DNA of 62,699 nucleotides, filler included, from Sphacelaria rigidula (taxonomy: Eukaryota), in assembly GCA_964200075.2 (NCBI GenBank). It is 11 parts of 11 records of this genome, joined end to end, with 100 filler letters (N's around TTAATTAATTAA, not from the genome) between each part and the next. Parts side by side here need not be neighbours in the genome. Positions count along the whole stretch, not along the records: positions 45,673 to 51,281 come from CAXNAA020025896.1; positions 51,382 to 56,990 come from CAXNAA020025897.1; positions 57,091 to 62,699 come from CAXNAA020025898.1; 8 more parts are not named here. One strand, written 5' to 3'. The position numbers were made by a program, and so were the translations under genes. Numbering within the stretch: position 1 is the stretch's first letter; each line of letters opens with the position of its first letter. Of the stretch, positions 48,685-61,393 are shown one piece after another. The notes below the pieces were generated by a model. It was not told the origin of the DNA, searched no databases, and saw only the letters and a list, made by a program, of their open reading frames with translations.

Positions 48685-51281
48685 AAACCCACTTGTCCCT
48701 CGCTGGTTTTTTCGTCCTTTTCTAGCATCGTTCTTACTTCATCATTCAGGATCTTACAGAACGTTTTTGCTTCCGTGCTCGGTAGCGTCATTCCTCTAAA
48801 GTTTCCTGGGTCAGCCTTGTCTCCCTGCTGGGAAGATTGACGACTACTCCTTCTCTCCACCTCTTGCGTGTGTACTCGTTTTCCCATATCCAGTTATACA
48901 GCATAGCCATCACGGTAATCATTTAATCCCCCCCATGCTTCGATATTTCTTTCACTATTCCGTCTGTCCCTACTGCCTTTTTGTTCTTGAGTCTAGCTAC
49001 GCACTCCTTTACTGTATCTCTCGTGTATTAACTCTGCAATGCTTTCGAGCCACTATCCTCCCATTTTGACGTCTCTACATTTGCCTCTGCCCGCTCGTTG
49101 ATCTCTTTCTCGAATTTCGTGTCGAATTTCGTGTTAGGTTTTGATGTTCCTAGTTTACGGTAATGCTCGACTAGCACTTCTCTCTTCCCCTTCGAACTGC
49201 TCACCATTTCACCATTGTGTGCCCGTAGTGTGCCTATCCCGTTGTCTATGTTCCTTGCCTGGTTTTTCGCGATCCCTTTTTTCCCTGCCCACATTTGTTT
49301 CATCCCGCCATCGAAATCTTCACTTTTTTTCTTCACCAAGTCTCCTCATACTTCCTCCTTTTTCTGCTGTACCATATTTTTTACTTCCTTTCGAGCTCTA
49401 GTATACTCCTCCCATCCTACCGTACTTTTGCTCGACCTCCATCTCATGTGGGCCTCTCTCCTTACTCCGATAGCCTCTTCTACTTCCTCACCCCACTAGT
49501 TTACTGCTGTGTTGCATACTATCAATTTTTCCCCCATGACTTTACTTGCTATGTTCTTGATCAGCTGCTCCTATCATTCTACAATCTTCGCTCCTGCCCG
49601 ATTTCTTTCCATTTCGGTATCAACTGTACCTACGCGTTCCCATAACTCGGAAACCTTCACTGCATTCTTGGCCATCTCTTCTTGAAACTCTCGCTGTTTC
49701 TTTTCCATATCTAGTTTATCGATTCTCCATTTGTACAACTTCCTACCTCGTGTATTTCTTTCGTCTCTCGTCTGTCGGCTTTCTGCCCATATTAGGCAAT
49801 GATCTGTGGTTTCCACGTCCTCCGCGCATACATGTACTGCCGTTCCTTCACTATTTCCATGCTCCACCGCTATAAAGTGAAGAACGGAATCTCCTCTCTT
49901 TTTCCGACTGCATTCCCTCGTCCATGTCCATTGCACCCCTGGCTTTTTTACTCTATCGTTCAGCGTCTTTATCTCGTTATGCTCAAAGGAACTTGGGCAT
50001 TTCTACCATATTCGTGTTATCATCATCTCCCCCGTATTGCCCAATGATTTCATCCGGTTGATCTGCTCTTCCTACCCTTGCATTCAAATCTCTCGATGAC
50101 ATTACTTATCCTTGCCTTTGATACTTACGTGCGTCTGCTGCTATCTCTCCGAACCTACGCTGAATATCGTCCACCCTACTCTTCGATTCTGGGGGCATAT
50201 AGATGTTCCCGACGAAGTCCTTCGTTACCTGCTCTCCTGGTACCCCTGTTCATATGCTCTCGTCGAATTTCGTGTCATCGATCACTTCAATAATGTCACA
50301 CAGGTATTCCTTGACTAAAAACCTTACTCCCCCCGCTCCCCTGCTCTTGGCCTTCTGTCCCTTCCGCTTCTTTTTTCCTATCCATGCGTACTTTTGAACT
50401 TTGCAACCTTTTCCCAACCCGCTCCTTCTCCCATGACTCTTGAATCCCTACTATCTCTAGGTCGTGCTTCCTTACTTGTTCGACTATCTCTGTTCTTTTG
50501 CTCTCGTCTGTGGCGAAGCCACATACGCTCCACAATCCTATTCTTGACTTCCTTTTCGAATCATTGGCTGCTCTCTTGTTGTCTTCTATCCTCTTCCCGT
50601 GTCTCTTACTTCTACTTTACCTCGCTTGATTGTTGTGCCCCTTGCCGGTTTGGACTTTGTCTATTTGCTTCAGGGCGTTGTGTCTCCTCTCCTTCCCCTT
50701 CCGGCCATTTACCTGTTCCTGCATCTCTTTCCCTCCGTTTACCCGTGCACCACGTCTTGGGTTTGTTATTCCGTTAGCAACGCATACTCTCTATCCTACC
50801 CTTCTAACTCATGCCGATAGCTCGCTTGTCCTTTCCCATTCCTTGCTCGCTCTTTGTTTCACTGTGACTCGGAAATGTTCTGCCTACCTTTCTACTTCTC
50901 CCCTTGCCAAACAAAATAATCCAACCTCATCGCATGTCCTTTTAAACTCTATTCTTGTCATGTCGCTACGGACTCCGAATACCAGCACTACTAGTACCTT
51001 ACCCGACCACTCTTTACTCCTCTATCCGCCCTTCCTTGTCCCCTCTATCTCGATCTCCTCCGAGAGAATCTCCAGCTTGTTCGTTTTATTCGTCGTGGTA
51101 AGATATCTTCGACGTACTGGGACATCCCAATCCTAGTACTCGTCGAGGGTCTGGTTCCTTTTAGTTATTTTGCTGGCTCGCCGACACTAAATAATGCCTC
51201 CAACATGGGCTCGTAGCCTGAAGCCAAGTTCAACACCTTCGATACAAGTACCTCACGTTTGTGCCAGGCGATCTTCATGGT
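48685..51281 (-). mobile_element. Third LINE copy (5' region, APE, start of RT)
   Basis: WSVCGFATD..DLEIVGIQESWEK; TTDHCLIW; GDKADPGNFRGMTL..EGQVGF; collinear with 18205-21010. Confidence 0.9.
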
Positions 51282-53484
51282 NNNNNNNNNNNNNNNNNNN
51301 NNNNNNNNNNNNNNNNNNNNNNNNNTTAATTAATTAANNNNNNNNNNNNNNNNNNNNNNNNNNNNNNNNNNNNNNNNNNNNATTTAGGGCTCGTGTAAAC
51401 ATAACGGACTTTACTTATGGGACAGAGGAAGTATTGACTGAAAAAAAAAACGCGAGAGAAAATACGCAGCACAGTAGAAGTCACGGCATCCGCTTCACAT
51501 TTTCATGAGCTTTCGTGCGACTCCTGTTCATAAGAGTAGTTCGTTTGACTTTCGCATGATGCTGTGCTGCTGTCGTCCCCAGACTCTCTTCCGACGAACT
51601 ACCGGTCTTATCAAAGCCGTTTTCTTGGTGCATTTGATGTCAGCGACTCTTTTTTTTGCGATTCGGTGTTACATGTACGAATTCAGGTTTTCTGCAACGA
51701 AGATACCACAACATTTACCATTAGGGATGATAGAGAAAAGTGACCGTAACGTTCATAAGGGTATACGTTGGTGTCTTGAGAACAACGTCGAGCACATACG
51801 TACAGTCTCTCGGTGCGTGCATGCACACTCTGCACCGAATTTCGCCATCCGATTGGCTAGCACAGCACGGGTATTATCGACAATATCGGCGGAAAACGCA
51901 GGTAAACCTGGACGTGCGTTTTTGCCCGCGGCCAAAACACCAGCGCCCTGGACATTTCTTGAAGATGGTGAACATGTTGACGGTACGCACACTACCTAGA
52001 TGGCGGAAAGCCGCGAACAAAAACCGGCTACGATGGTCGTACCTGGAGGGTACACAGGCAATATTCCATTCTGTGTAGCATCTGACATTGAGTGCCCTTC
52101 TCACGATTTTTTCGAGTTCGGCTGCTTTTCATTGGCATTCGGGCCATCTGTGAAAATGTTCTGCATTCAAATTCGAACGCGATCCTGATTCCAACCGATA
52201 TGGACTGTGTGCGAGTCGGCCGGGCGCATATCTGCCCGAGACCGTAACGGCACAGCTTGAATTTCACGTCGGCTAATTTTGCATTTTGCATTTTAGGACG
52301 ACCCGAGACTACTCAAAAATAGCGCCAACACAGCCAGGCGCAAGCTAAAACGGGCCTTTATGCTGCACCACTGCGCACACAGGAGTACGGCACAGCAGGA
52401 GGCAACCCCATGCACGAGACATGATCGCATGATCGACGTCGATCATGTATGCCGAGATATGTGAGTACCTGATTATATGGGTTTCACTGCTCACACGACA
52501 CTTTTTATGCACAACATGTTACTTTTGCGTAGGGAGAGGGACAGAAACAAGACAAGAGACCCGGGTACCCAGGCACAGAGTTCCGCTGCGATGACGGCGC
52601 CCATCACCCCCCCCCCCCCCCCAAGCAACATCTGGACGGAACTCTTTTTCAAATGACAGAACAATGAGCTGCACGGCCGACCCAGATTGCGAAGAGAATG
52701 ACGCGGAGAGAGGTCGTTACAATGGGCTCTTCACCGACGGCAACCGCCTCATCGAAAGATCAGGGTTCTACGCACATCGCACGCGGACGGAGGGGGGGGG
52801 GGGGGGTGCAGCATAGACGCCCAATGCAGCCAGTCAGGCTGCTGATGTAGTTGGGCCACCCTCGAGGTAGTCCCCCTGTGTTGGTGATACGGGCGCTGAG
52901 TGTCTACCGCACAGCGCATACTGCCTTGTGAACGTCTGTTGACAAGATCATGCCGGTGCAGCACCGTCGAACAGCATGTGCAGTCAGTACTATTATACAA
53001 TTGAAACATGTACCACACGGTCACCACGTGAGGTGAGCCGGACGGTGGAGGAGAAAACCAGCACGTCCAGCAGGGTGACACGTCCAGCTCAGTACACGGT
53101 ACAGAATGTATGAGACGGGATCATGCTTTTGGGATTTTTCATCTCCGAGTCAGAGCTGGATTACGTTCCCAACAAGCGAAGATAAAACATACACAATAAC
53201 GTCGGCAAAGTTCTTGTTACTACGTGTGTGACAAAAGTCGGCAAAGACATACAGACGGTGCACCGTACCTGTTAGTTCGGCGGTCTGCAGCCCGCACATG
53301 AAAACGACGGAGCGAAAATTAGGGGGGAAACATGAAAACATGCGACGAGGTCGAGTTCTGTAATACTCGCTGTACTGTACTGTTGTAGTACACATCACTT
53401 TACTCTACTCTTTCGTAAATGTACTGTATACATCGTGAGAACGAGGAAAGCCTTCCTTCCGCATGATCGGTTCACTTCACGAAC

Positions 53485-54973
53485 CTGATCAGCCAGCCCT
53501 CGCAAGACCGCCTGCTTGATCCACCAGGTTGCGTACGTGGAAAACTTGAAGCCTCTCTCGGGGTCAAACCTCTCGGATGCCTTGACCAACCCAAATGTGC
53601 CCTCCTGGATCAAGTCCTGGAACGTCAAACCTCGATACCGATAGCGCTTGGCGACGTGCACCACCAACCTCAGGTTCGAGTTGATCATGTTCATTTTCGC
53701 CTGGTGCGACCTCCGCAGCTGCCTGATCAAGTCAGGTTTGCTCAACCCCACGGACGTAGCCCAATCCTCGTCCGAGATGGTCCTCTTGTGTGCAGCCTCC
53801 AGATGGCTCCGTATCTTATCATACAATACCCCCTTTTGAATATGTCGACCCAAGACCACCTCTTCGTCTGCGGTAAGCAGCTTCAGCCTGGACATTTCCC
53901 TGAGGTACACCCGAAGAGGGTTATCCATGCTACTCCGACCGGCCCTCTGTCCTTTCCTGTTCATGGTACGCTGGGCAGCCTTGAGCGCCAAGTACTGACT
54001 TGTCCCCTTCAAGCGCTCCTTCTGTTTGGCCTCCCAAGTGGCTCGCTTGTCCCTCTGGAGCTCCTCCTGGGGACGGTGCGGCATGCGCAAGGACGCGTGC
54101 GAGGACTGTCCATATTTCACCCCCTGCCCGTTCAACACCCCCTCTAATTGCTTGATCTCTGACGGGGAAGCATGCGAAATTTGCCCTCGACGCGGAGGTG
54201 CGGCTAGGGAATCGATATCTACAGGTGGGGCGGCGGACGCCATGAGGGCTTGGCGAGCCTTGCGCGCTTTCCATCTTTCCCCGGCCCCCAAAGCATGAGC
54301 TGGCGGAGCAATGAGCCCTCGCATACGTCTTGAAACGCGGGTAATGGTGGCGGTGCTGTTTTCGCCGCTGTCAGGTGGTGGTGATGGTGGTGGTGGTGGT
54401 GGTGTGGTGGGTGGGGCAGATATTGTGGGGGCGGATGTGGCAGACATAGCGACGGCTGATCGACGTTCCGACGCGTAGAATGCATTCCCCGCTCCCCACA
54501 CGCGCGCTGTTTGTGAAGCGGGAGGTTGGGAAAAAGACGAGAAATAACCGCATGGGATGCCGCAAATAACATGTTGCACGACATCAGGGTGGGTGGGCGG
54601 CAACTAGACCGCGATACAAACAGTGGGTTACCAGAGAGTCCAACGACCGACTCAGTGTACCGATGTAATGAGGTCAGCTGGTGAAGTTCATTACACGAGT
54701 CAGCGGAATAAAACACAGTGAATTACAGTACAGTTTGGCAGTACAGCACCCCAGAGCCCAACATCGCCCAATCTAAAGCAACAACATCGAGCACAACACG
54801 AACAAGCAGAGTTCATCACAAATGCTTCAGCTTATTCTTACCCTGTGACAATGGACACTCTATTCTGATTTACTCTCACCTAGACACCCTGGTGGGGTGA
54901 AGCCCTCTGCAGGAGGGGCAGACGCGCACATGGCACCCACCACGCACACCCGAAATCGCCGTGTGGTGACCAT
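53485..54973 (-). CDS. SIG: Nuclear-encoded plastid RNA polymerase sigma-70 factor, exons 1-2 (54973-54880, 54506-53485); 3' exons lie outside the contig
   Basis: Region 1.2 (NPLRVYLREMSRLKLLTADEE) and region 2 (NLRLVVHVAKRY..DLIQEG..FDPERGFKFSTYATWWIKQA). Exon 1 MVTTRR..PAEG-FTP gives an ASAFAP-like leader; the phase-1 GT-AG join is in frame. Confidence 0.93.
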
Positions 54974-55710
54974 GCCAAAGTATGTTGCACTTGGCCAGGC
55001 CCAACCAAACAGCGGGCACCGGACGTTAAATCACGGCAGCTATGTCTCTCTCCCTAGCTCTCAACAAACTCCACCCCCACCCCCCGCCTGCAATGTCTCC
55101 TTGTTCCACCAATTGTATTTCGTTCGTTGTCGTGGTTGCTGCTGCTCTCTCACAGGGCTGTAGGGCTTGTGCCCTCGCAACGCGTGTAAGTTGTTACTCA
55201 ATCCTGCAAATTGTGTACATGTGTGGCTTTGCTGCCTGGTCGTTCTCTTGTACAGCTGAAAAGAGTATGTCTTCGATTTGACTTCGCTTTTGCCTCCTGT
55301 CTCCAAAGCAAAGCACCGACTGCCTGTTTAGGTGTTGTCGTTATCGTTGGTAATGGTGGCGTTGGTACGGATATCTACCTAAAACCTATTGCTACAGCGG
55401 TATGGTTCCCACTCTCATGTAAGAGGCGCCCGGGAGCCCTTTCGCGAATTGCACTTGAGCACCAAGCGGCAACCCACGGACCTAACTAACATGAACCGCA
55501 CTATAGGGGGCGCACTGCGTTAGAGCCAAGTTGCACTGACGGAATAATTTTGGCCAATGACATGCCTCCGTTCGAATCTCGCTGTGTTTCCCCGTGCCGC
55601 CGCTTCGGCCTGTCATCGGTTTCCCTTCTGCGTGTTTCGGATAACGTCAGTGATTGAACAGTACAGCAAACAGTAGTAGTAGAGCGGGAAAAAAGACTTT
55701 GCAGAGTCTT
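54974..55710. promoter_or_regulatory. Putative bidirectional promoter/5'UTR region
   Basis: 737 bp between divergent ATGs; CCAAT near 55554 and ACGTCA at 55644-55649. Confidence 0.4.
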
Positions 55711-55862
55711 ATGGACATGAGCGTCTTACGAAGATGCTTGGCTCTGGCCATAGGCCTTCTTGCGTATGCTTCAGGATCTCATGCCTTCGTTCAATCGCGA
55801 TTATGCGTTCGAGAAAGCTTGTTGCGGTCTTCAAAGACGCGGATCGTATCTCCCACAGCGAG
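55711..55862 (+). CDS. First exon of an unidentified, probably plastid-targeted protein
   Basis: MDMSVLRRCLALAIGLLAYASGSHA-FVQSR.. hydrophobic signal peptide, A-F cleavage motif, S/R-rich transit-like stretch; ends at AG|GTATGG. Confidence 0.7.
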
Positions 55863-58509
55863 GTATGGCTTAAGTGTGCGGTGTTGAGGGGTGTTTACAA
55901 GGTCGATATCTTGAACATAGCGGCGACCGCATCGGCTCTGGCCATACCCCCTCCACCCAGCGTACTGTTGAATACTCTACTCTCGGAGCAGGTCCCACGA
56001 ATGTGTTCCCAGGATCTTTCAGAAGTTCAAGAGTTTGGTTTCTCTATCTAGGGTGTTATTCGCCGTACAGTACAGTACAATAGTACAGTAGTGGCAAGCA
56101 GTGGTGGTTTGTAGGTGAGATGTGATATGCCTCAGGGCACCGCAATGTGGTTTCTGGTGGGGGCACCTGAACGGCACGTGTTTAAGTAGGCGGTACTTTG
56201 TGAGTAAGTGAGTATGTGCCCACAAGTAGTCATTGTGTGTGTTGAAATATTTCGTGGCGGAAACAATCGTCGCTTTATCCCCTTCCGAAGATACACTCGT
56301 CGTCATGTGCAACTTGTTCACCATGTACGATACGCGACGCACGGCACGTGACGCGTATGTAAGGACCATCTTTCTCTCAAGTACCATATTTCCACCCCGA
56401 GGTCGTGCATACGTAAGTGCTGAAAGATCTCGGCTGAGTTGTCCATATCGGTGGTGCTGCAGCGCAGTATCATTGGCAACAGCACAGTTAGTTATCTGAT
56501 TAGTCTTGGCACCCGTTGTGTTCAGACTTTGCGTTGCGGATCATGACCCTGCATAGACGGTTGGACACTCACCACGGATAAAACCCTCCCCAAAAGAGCG
56601 GGACGACCGATGGTTTGTTTTTCGGATCTTCGAAACACGGGGTTGCCTCAACAACTCGCCACTGACTGGAGTTGTATAACGGACTACGCAACCATGTTCG
56701 ATTATCGTTAACGAGCACCGCTTGTAGACCATCCCTGAGGGCGTGTCTTCGCACTTTTTTTTCGATCGAAAAAGTGCGATCGATTTTTTTCGCCCATCTG
56801 ATACGTCCACCGAATTTATGTTCGTCGAAGGCTTCAACTCAAAATTATAATTAGCGGCGCGCGGTGAAGAATGCAACGAGTGAAAAAACATTGTACTCGA
56901 TCGAAAACATGCAGTCGAAAGGCACCTAGCGGCACTTGACTCTTATCTTACAGAACACCACGCCGAATAACACCCGTTCACAGGACCATGNNNNNNNNNN
57001 NNNNNNNNNNNNNNNNNNNNNNNNNNNNNNNNNNTTAATTAATTAANNNNNNNNNNNNNNNNNNNNNNNNNNNNNNNNNNNNNNNNNNNNCCCCGCCAGC
57101 GGTGCCTGGCAAGGCAACCCGGTGGAGCCGCGGAAACCCCCCCCCCGCCCCCCCCCCCCCAGCTGGTGGGGGGACTTCGTCGGAGGCAAGAAAATTACGC
57201 CATTTGGCTTCACATCTCTTCAAGAACGCGGTAAATTCTAGCCGCCTAGTGCCAGCAATTCGAGCACATAATCGGTTCACAAGAATATTTATGTACGGGG
57301 GAAAAGGGAATATCACAGAGCTTACGTGAATTCAAGAAACGAAGCGGTGAGACAGTAGTGCAGCATTCATATCATAGCGTTCCGTGTGTACCACCCAAGC
57401 GCCAGGAACTACTAGCAGCACGACAACTTGGTAACGTTATTGAGAGTGACTTCATCAGCCAGGAAAATATAACAGAAATCTCTACTCTTCCTCATGCTTC
57501 GGTATCACATTGACCAGTCACCACTAAATGCTTCACGCTTACTGCCGACAAAATACAGCAAATCACACACAACAATACCATTAAACGCTGTCTTGCCTCT
57601 CGTTTCAGAGCGGGCCAATCAACAACTGTCCGTGCCCATTTTGTTCTTCATGATATCAGAAATGATTATCTACGATATTGGTGTCGACGTCTAGGGGTGT
57701 ACGCTGTGCGGTCATGTACTCGCCTCTGTATCAGCGTCCCCACGGTTATTGTAGCACGGCAATACTTCAGAAATGTCGATTCGAGTATGACACATGGGTA
57801 CACAGAACACTTTGGAGTATGACACATACGTCGTGTGAAACGACTGATTCACGTGGTTACAAAACGGATCAGTTAAACAGTTGTACCAGTTAACTGTAAC
57901 TGGTCAATTGAACGGGCAGCCAGTTCACAACGTTTTCTTCTGATGCTTCGGGTGACATACCCCGCGCCAACTACTGTCGAGATGCTTGGTATCGTGGGCG
58001 CGCGCATCAAGCCGAAGTATATGATGACGAATCAAAATGAACGGCCCTACTGCCTAACTCCCCTTGTTGCGGGTATTGTCGCCAGTGCTATTGTCACCAG
58101 TGCTAATACCCTATGAAAGGTAACGTTTTGAGGAGCCTGAAGCATCTGCCTTGTTTCTAATCCTCCTCATCCATCGCGGGCTGATTGCTGGTGCACTCTT
58201 GTTCACGTGTACGGCATGCAATGCAGTACACAAGGCACCGAAGGCAAGGGTTCGTCGTGCGCGTGGCCTGGGTCGTATACCTACTGAGCTTGCCATGAAA
58301 CAAAATCCATGTGCGTGTGTGTGAGAGATAATTCTCGCGTACTACCTCCACTTCAGCCAGTGAAAAATCCCACGCTACGAATATGGGGCATTGGTTCGGC
58401 CCGAAATTGGTTCCCTCAGCAACTGTGCGGTGTTAAGGTGCTGAAGAAACACACGGGCGCTGTAGGGTAGGATAGCTCTTCACCCGTTCTCGCGATTTTC
58501 ACTCTTGAA

Positions 58510-58877
58510 CCGGTCGCCCCCTGGCTAAATTGGTAACCTCGAATGCTTCTCTGACGGTTGGGTCGTGGGTTCGAATCTCGGTGAAGTCACTCGATCTGGG
58601 ATGTTTCTCACGCCATGCCCAACAGTGGAGAACGACAATGTCGTGGGTACATAAAATTGGAGTTCACGGTCGACAAGGGAAAGGAACCGCTGAACCCCTC
58701 TTGCGAAAAAAGTGAAGGCAAGCCCCGCAAAATGAAGGTGGAATACTCAAGAGGAAGATAAAATTGAAAAACTCCCGTGTTGGCCTCCTTCGTGTGTCAC
58801 CCCGGCTGATACACCCATGTACACCGAAAGGTGTAGACTAGCGTCCAGGACAGATGGGATGACAACACACAACACAG
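58510..58877 (+). mobile_element. tRNA-derived SINE, full length
   Basis: TGGCTAAATTGGTAA A-box, GGTTCGAATCTC B-box, 3' hairpin TACACC-GAAA-GGTGTA and a CA-rich tail. Confidence 0.88.
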
Positions 58878-59220
58878 ACGGACAACGAAAACCTGCTACG
58901 AACTTGCTGTCTACTCAAAGCCAATGTTCAGAGCGGCTCCTTTGTTCGCCAAATGATTTGACTAATGACTCCTCCCCCCTCTTCGCAAGGGATGCGTGGT
59001 CAATGATCAAACGAGTAAGGCAAGCAACGAATGATTACGCCTTCCCCCCCCCCCCCCCCCCCCCCCCCCCCACGCCCCCCCCCCCACCCCCCCCCGCTCA
59101 CACTCNNNNNNNNNNCTCCCCCTCCGCCCAAAGGAGGTGCGGGCAATGAAAAAACACAAAAGGACAAGAACCAAAGGTTCTCCCCTCCCCCCCCCCCCCC
59201 CCCCTCCCCTCCTTGGAAAA

Positions 59221-59515
59221 TGTACTCATGATCATGCATGCCATAGTCATTTGACCATTGACCTCGTACCCCTACGAAGCCGGGATGGAGCACGCCGGGT
59301 TTTCACCGGACCAGGCTCGCCCTCAATCACCAAGAGCGAAGCGACGTGCTGTGTTGAGCGAGTCGAATGAAGGGTGACGTGCATCCCGCTAAGATTGTTC
59401 GGCCCGAAGCCTATTGATTATCTTGCATTTGGATGACAGCTGACAATGAGTTGCTTTTTTTTTGGTGTCACCACTTTCTGAGACAGCCACGGCTAATGCA
59501 CTGCCTCATGGGTGC
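59221..59515 (-). mobile_element. Complete type-B LINE-partner element
   Basis: Reverse complement runs from CACCCATGAGGCAGTG to GCATGATCATGAGTACA, collinear with 33882-34154. Confidence 0.82.
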
Positions 59516-59721
59516 CTCAGCATGAAGGGGATGCGTGGTCAATGGTCGAACGACTAAGGCAAGCAACAAATGAGTACGCCCCCCCCTCCCTCCTTCCCCC
59601 CCGTAGCGTGGAATAGCTTCAATCTCAACCGTGGTTCTATCCCTGACGATTCCTAGAATCTTGATGCCGCTGCGGTCCTTACTTGGTCGATATGCTGTAT
59701 ATCGGGACCCGACGGACACAG

Positions 59722-61393
59722 GCGGTCGCTGAGGAGTTGGCAGGCCTAGATGAGAGCTCAACCGGTGATACGAAAAGCGGTGATGGACCGGAGGGGGGGC
59801 GTGAAGCGAAAACGGGGGTGTTCGATGGAAAGGTGAGTGATTACCACGAGTGGCCTTTTCGAGAGTCGTCCTGAAGTTTTCATAAGCAGAACGATTTGTT
59901 GGAAGCTCATGTAAAGGTTTCTGCTCTGTTGTGCTTGCTGTCCCTCATTGAACCTTCTCCCTTGTTTCCCTCGTTCCCCCTCGCATGGACCTTTCGCAAC
60001 AAAGATGAAAAGAGTGGGAAGACTGAGTACCATGTCTTGTTCTCGCACATATTTATCATTTCGTTTTCTCGTGCTGAGCCGTTTTCCTGTGGAATTCTTC
60101 GAGCGCTGTTTTATATTTCTGCACGGATCATTGCACGGTGATTTGTTTTCGTGTAGTATCCGAACTTGAGCATTGTTTCACGCTCTGTAAAGTCAATAAC
60201 TTCGCTTTTTCCCCGTATCTAGAGAAGAATTCCCAATCCAGACGCAGATTACCATCCTTACGTGGGCTGTCTTCTGTTGCGTCAATCTTGGAGCTCGTTC
60301 CTGCGTACTCGCACCTTGCGAAGAGATTTTAATCGAGAAAGAAAGAAACAAAGTGTCCCTCCTGTGAGCGTTGTCTTCTGTTCTGTTCCTTTTTCACTGC
60401 TTTGTTTGAAGTCCCTCATCCGGAAACAATCTGTCACTTTTTTGTGCTAAGTTTTTTTTTTCCTCCTCCAGTTTCAATTTTCATGCTGTGTTTGGTCTAC
60501 TCTCGGGTTTCTCTGCTCAACAGGTATTTGATTATTGGCATCGGTGTCTGGTGTACTTACCCTTACATTGTCGAACCATTTCCCACTTGTGTTTTTCCAC
60601 ACAAGGACATCGCTGCAACGAACCTAAACGTACAGGAGATGCTGTTGCTTGAAGAATAATCTTGACCCTAGCTTGTGTTTTCGTTTTCAAGTCAGGACTG
60701 CTGACATTGACGCTCCTGCTGCTGCATGGTAGTCTCTCTTCTCCGCGTGCACGTAACGTCCCACCAAAATTTGCGTTTATCCCACTGTATGGTCACGATA
60801 GAGCCTATGCCAATACTTACACAAAACACAAAATATCATTTGAAGTAGAGGCCAAAATCACGTACCGCGTCATTTTTCTCTTTCCCTGAGCTTACAACTG
60901 TTGTGAATTTCTTGCACCATTGCATGTGTCATTTTGTGTCATTCTTCCACACCCACGTGTTTGCCTCGCCCCTTAGTTTACTCTTTTGTTCTGTTATGTT
61001 GTACTTGTTCTGTTTCTTCTTTTCCTTCAGCGAGCGTTTCAGTTTGTTTTTTTTCTTCTCGGGTACGCACGTCTATCATGTGGATCATGACCACGGCTGG
61101 ATCATGACTCCTGGGGTGTCACTTAAAGTGCGATAATCCATCAATCAATCAACGACATCGACCTCAAACACTTGACACAGGGTCCCGACACCAGTACGGA
61201 GAAGGATGCCGAGGAAGAGGAGTGGACCTTCAGTCCAGAAAAGGGAGACGTGGTGTTTTGCTCTGCGTTAGACGGCTGGGGCTTTGGTTTGGGCGACTTC
61301 GCGAGGCTGTGGGCTAAGAAGCTGCAGTGCAAACCAAAGGAGTTGAGAAAAATGCTGTGGGGAAGCTTCGTCTTCAACGCCAAGTCCAAGAAG
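59722..61393 (+). CDS. EFL1: Two internal exons (59722-59832, 61181-61393) of elongation factor-like GTPase 1 (EFL1/Ria1, EF-2 family)
   Basis: EEEEWTFSPEKGDVVFCSALDGWGFGL..FARLWAKKL..LRKMLWG matches the EF-2/EFL1 G-domain segment; the preceding acidic insertion and SAxDGW favour EFL1; both exons are phase 0. Confidence 0.8.

Noticed and set aside
53395..54603. Intronless bacterial rpoD (402-aa ORF) as contamination or recent HGT
   Set aside because: The ORF ends are intron read-through; GT-AG sites, an upstream targeting exon and missing regions 3-4 show a spliced nuclear gene.
5610..57090. Perfect 5,709-bp periodic TTAATTAATTAA motif
   Set aside because: Artificial linker between equal-length contigs; not biological, and it voids any cross-spacer gene-neighbourhood argument.
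58510..58585. tRNA gene
   Set aside because: A/B boxes are present, but I could not fold a convincing acceptor/anticodon stem and it continues into a repeated SINE body.
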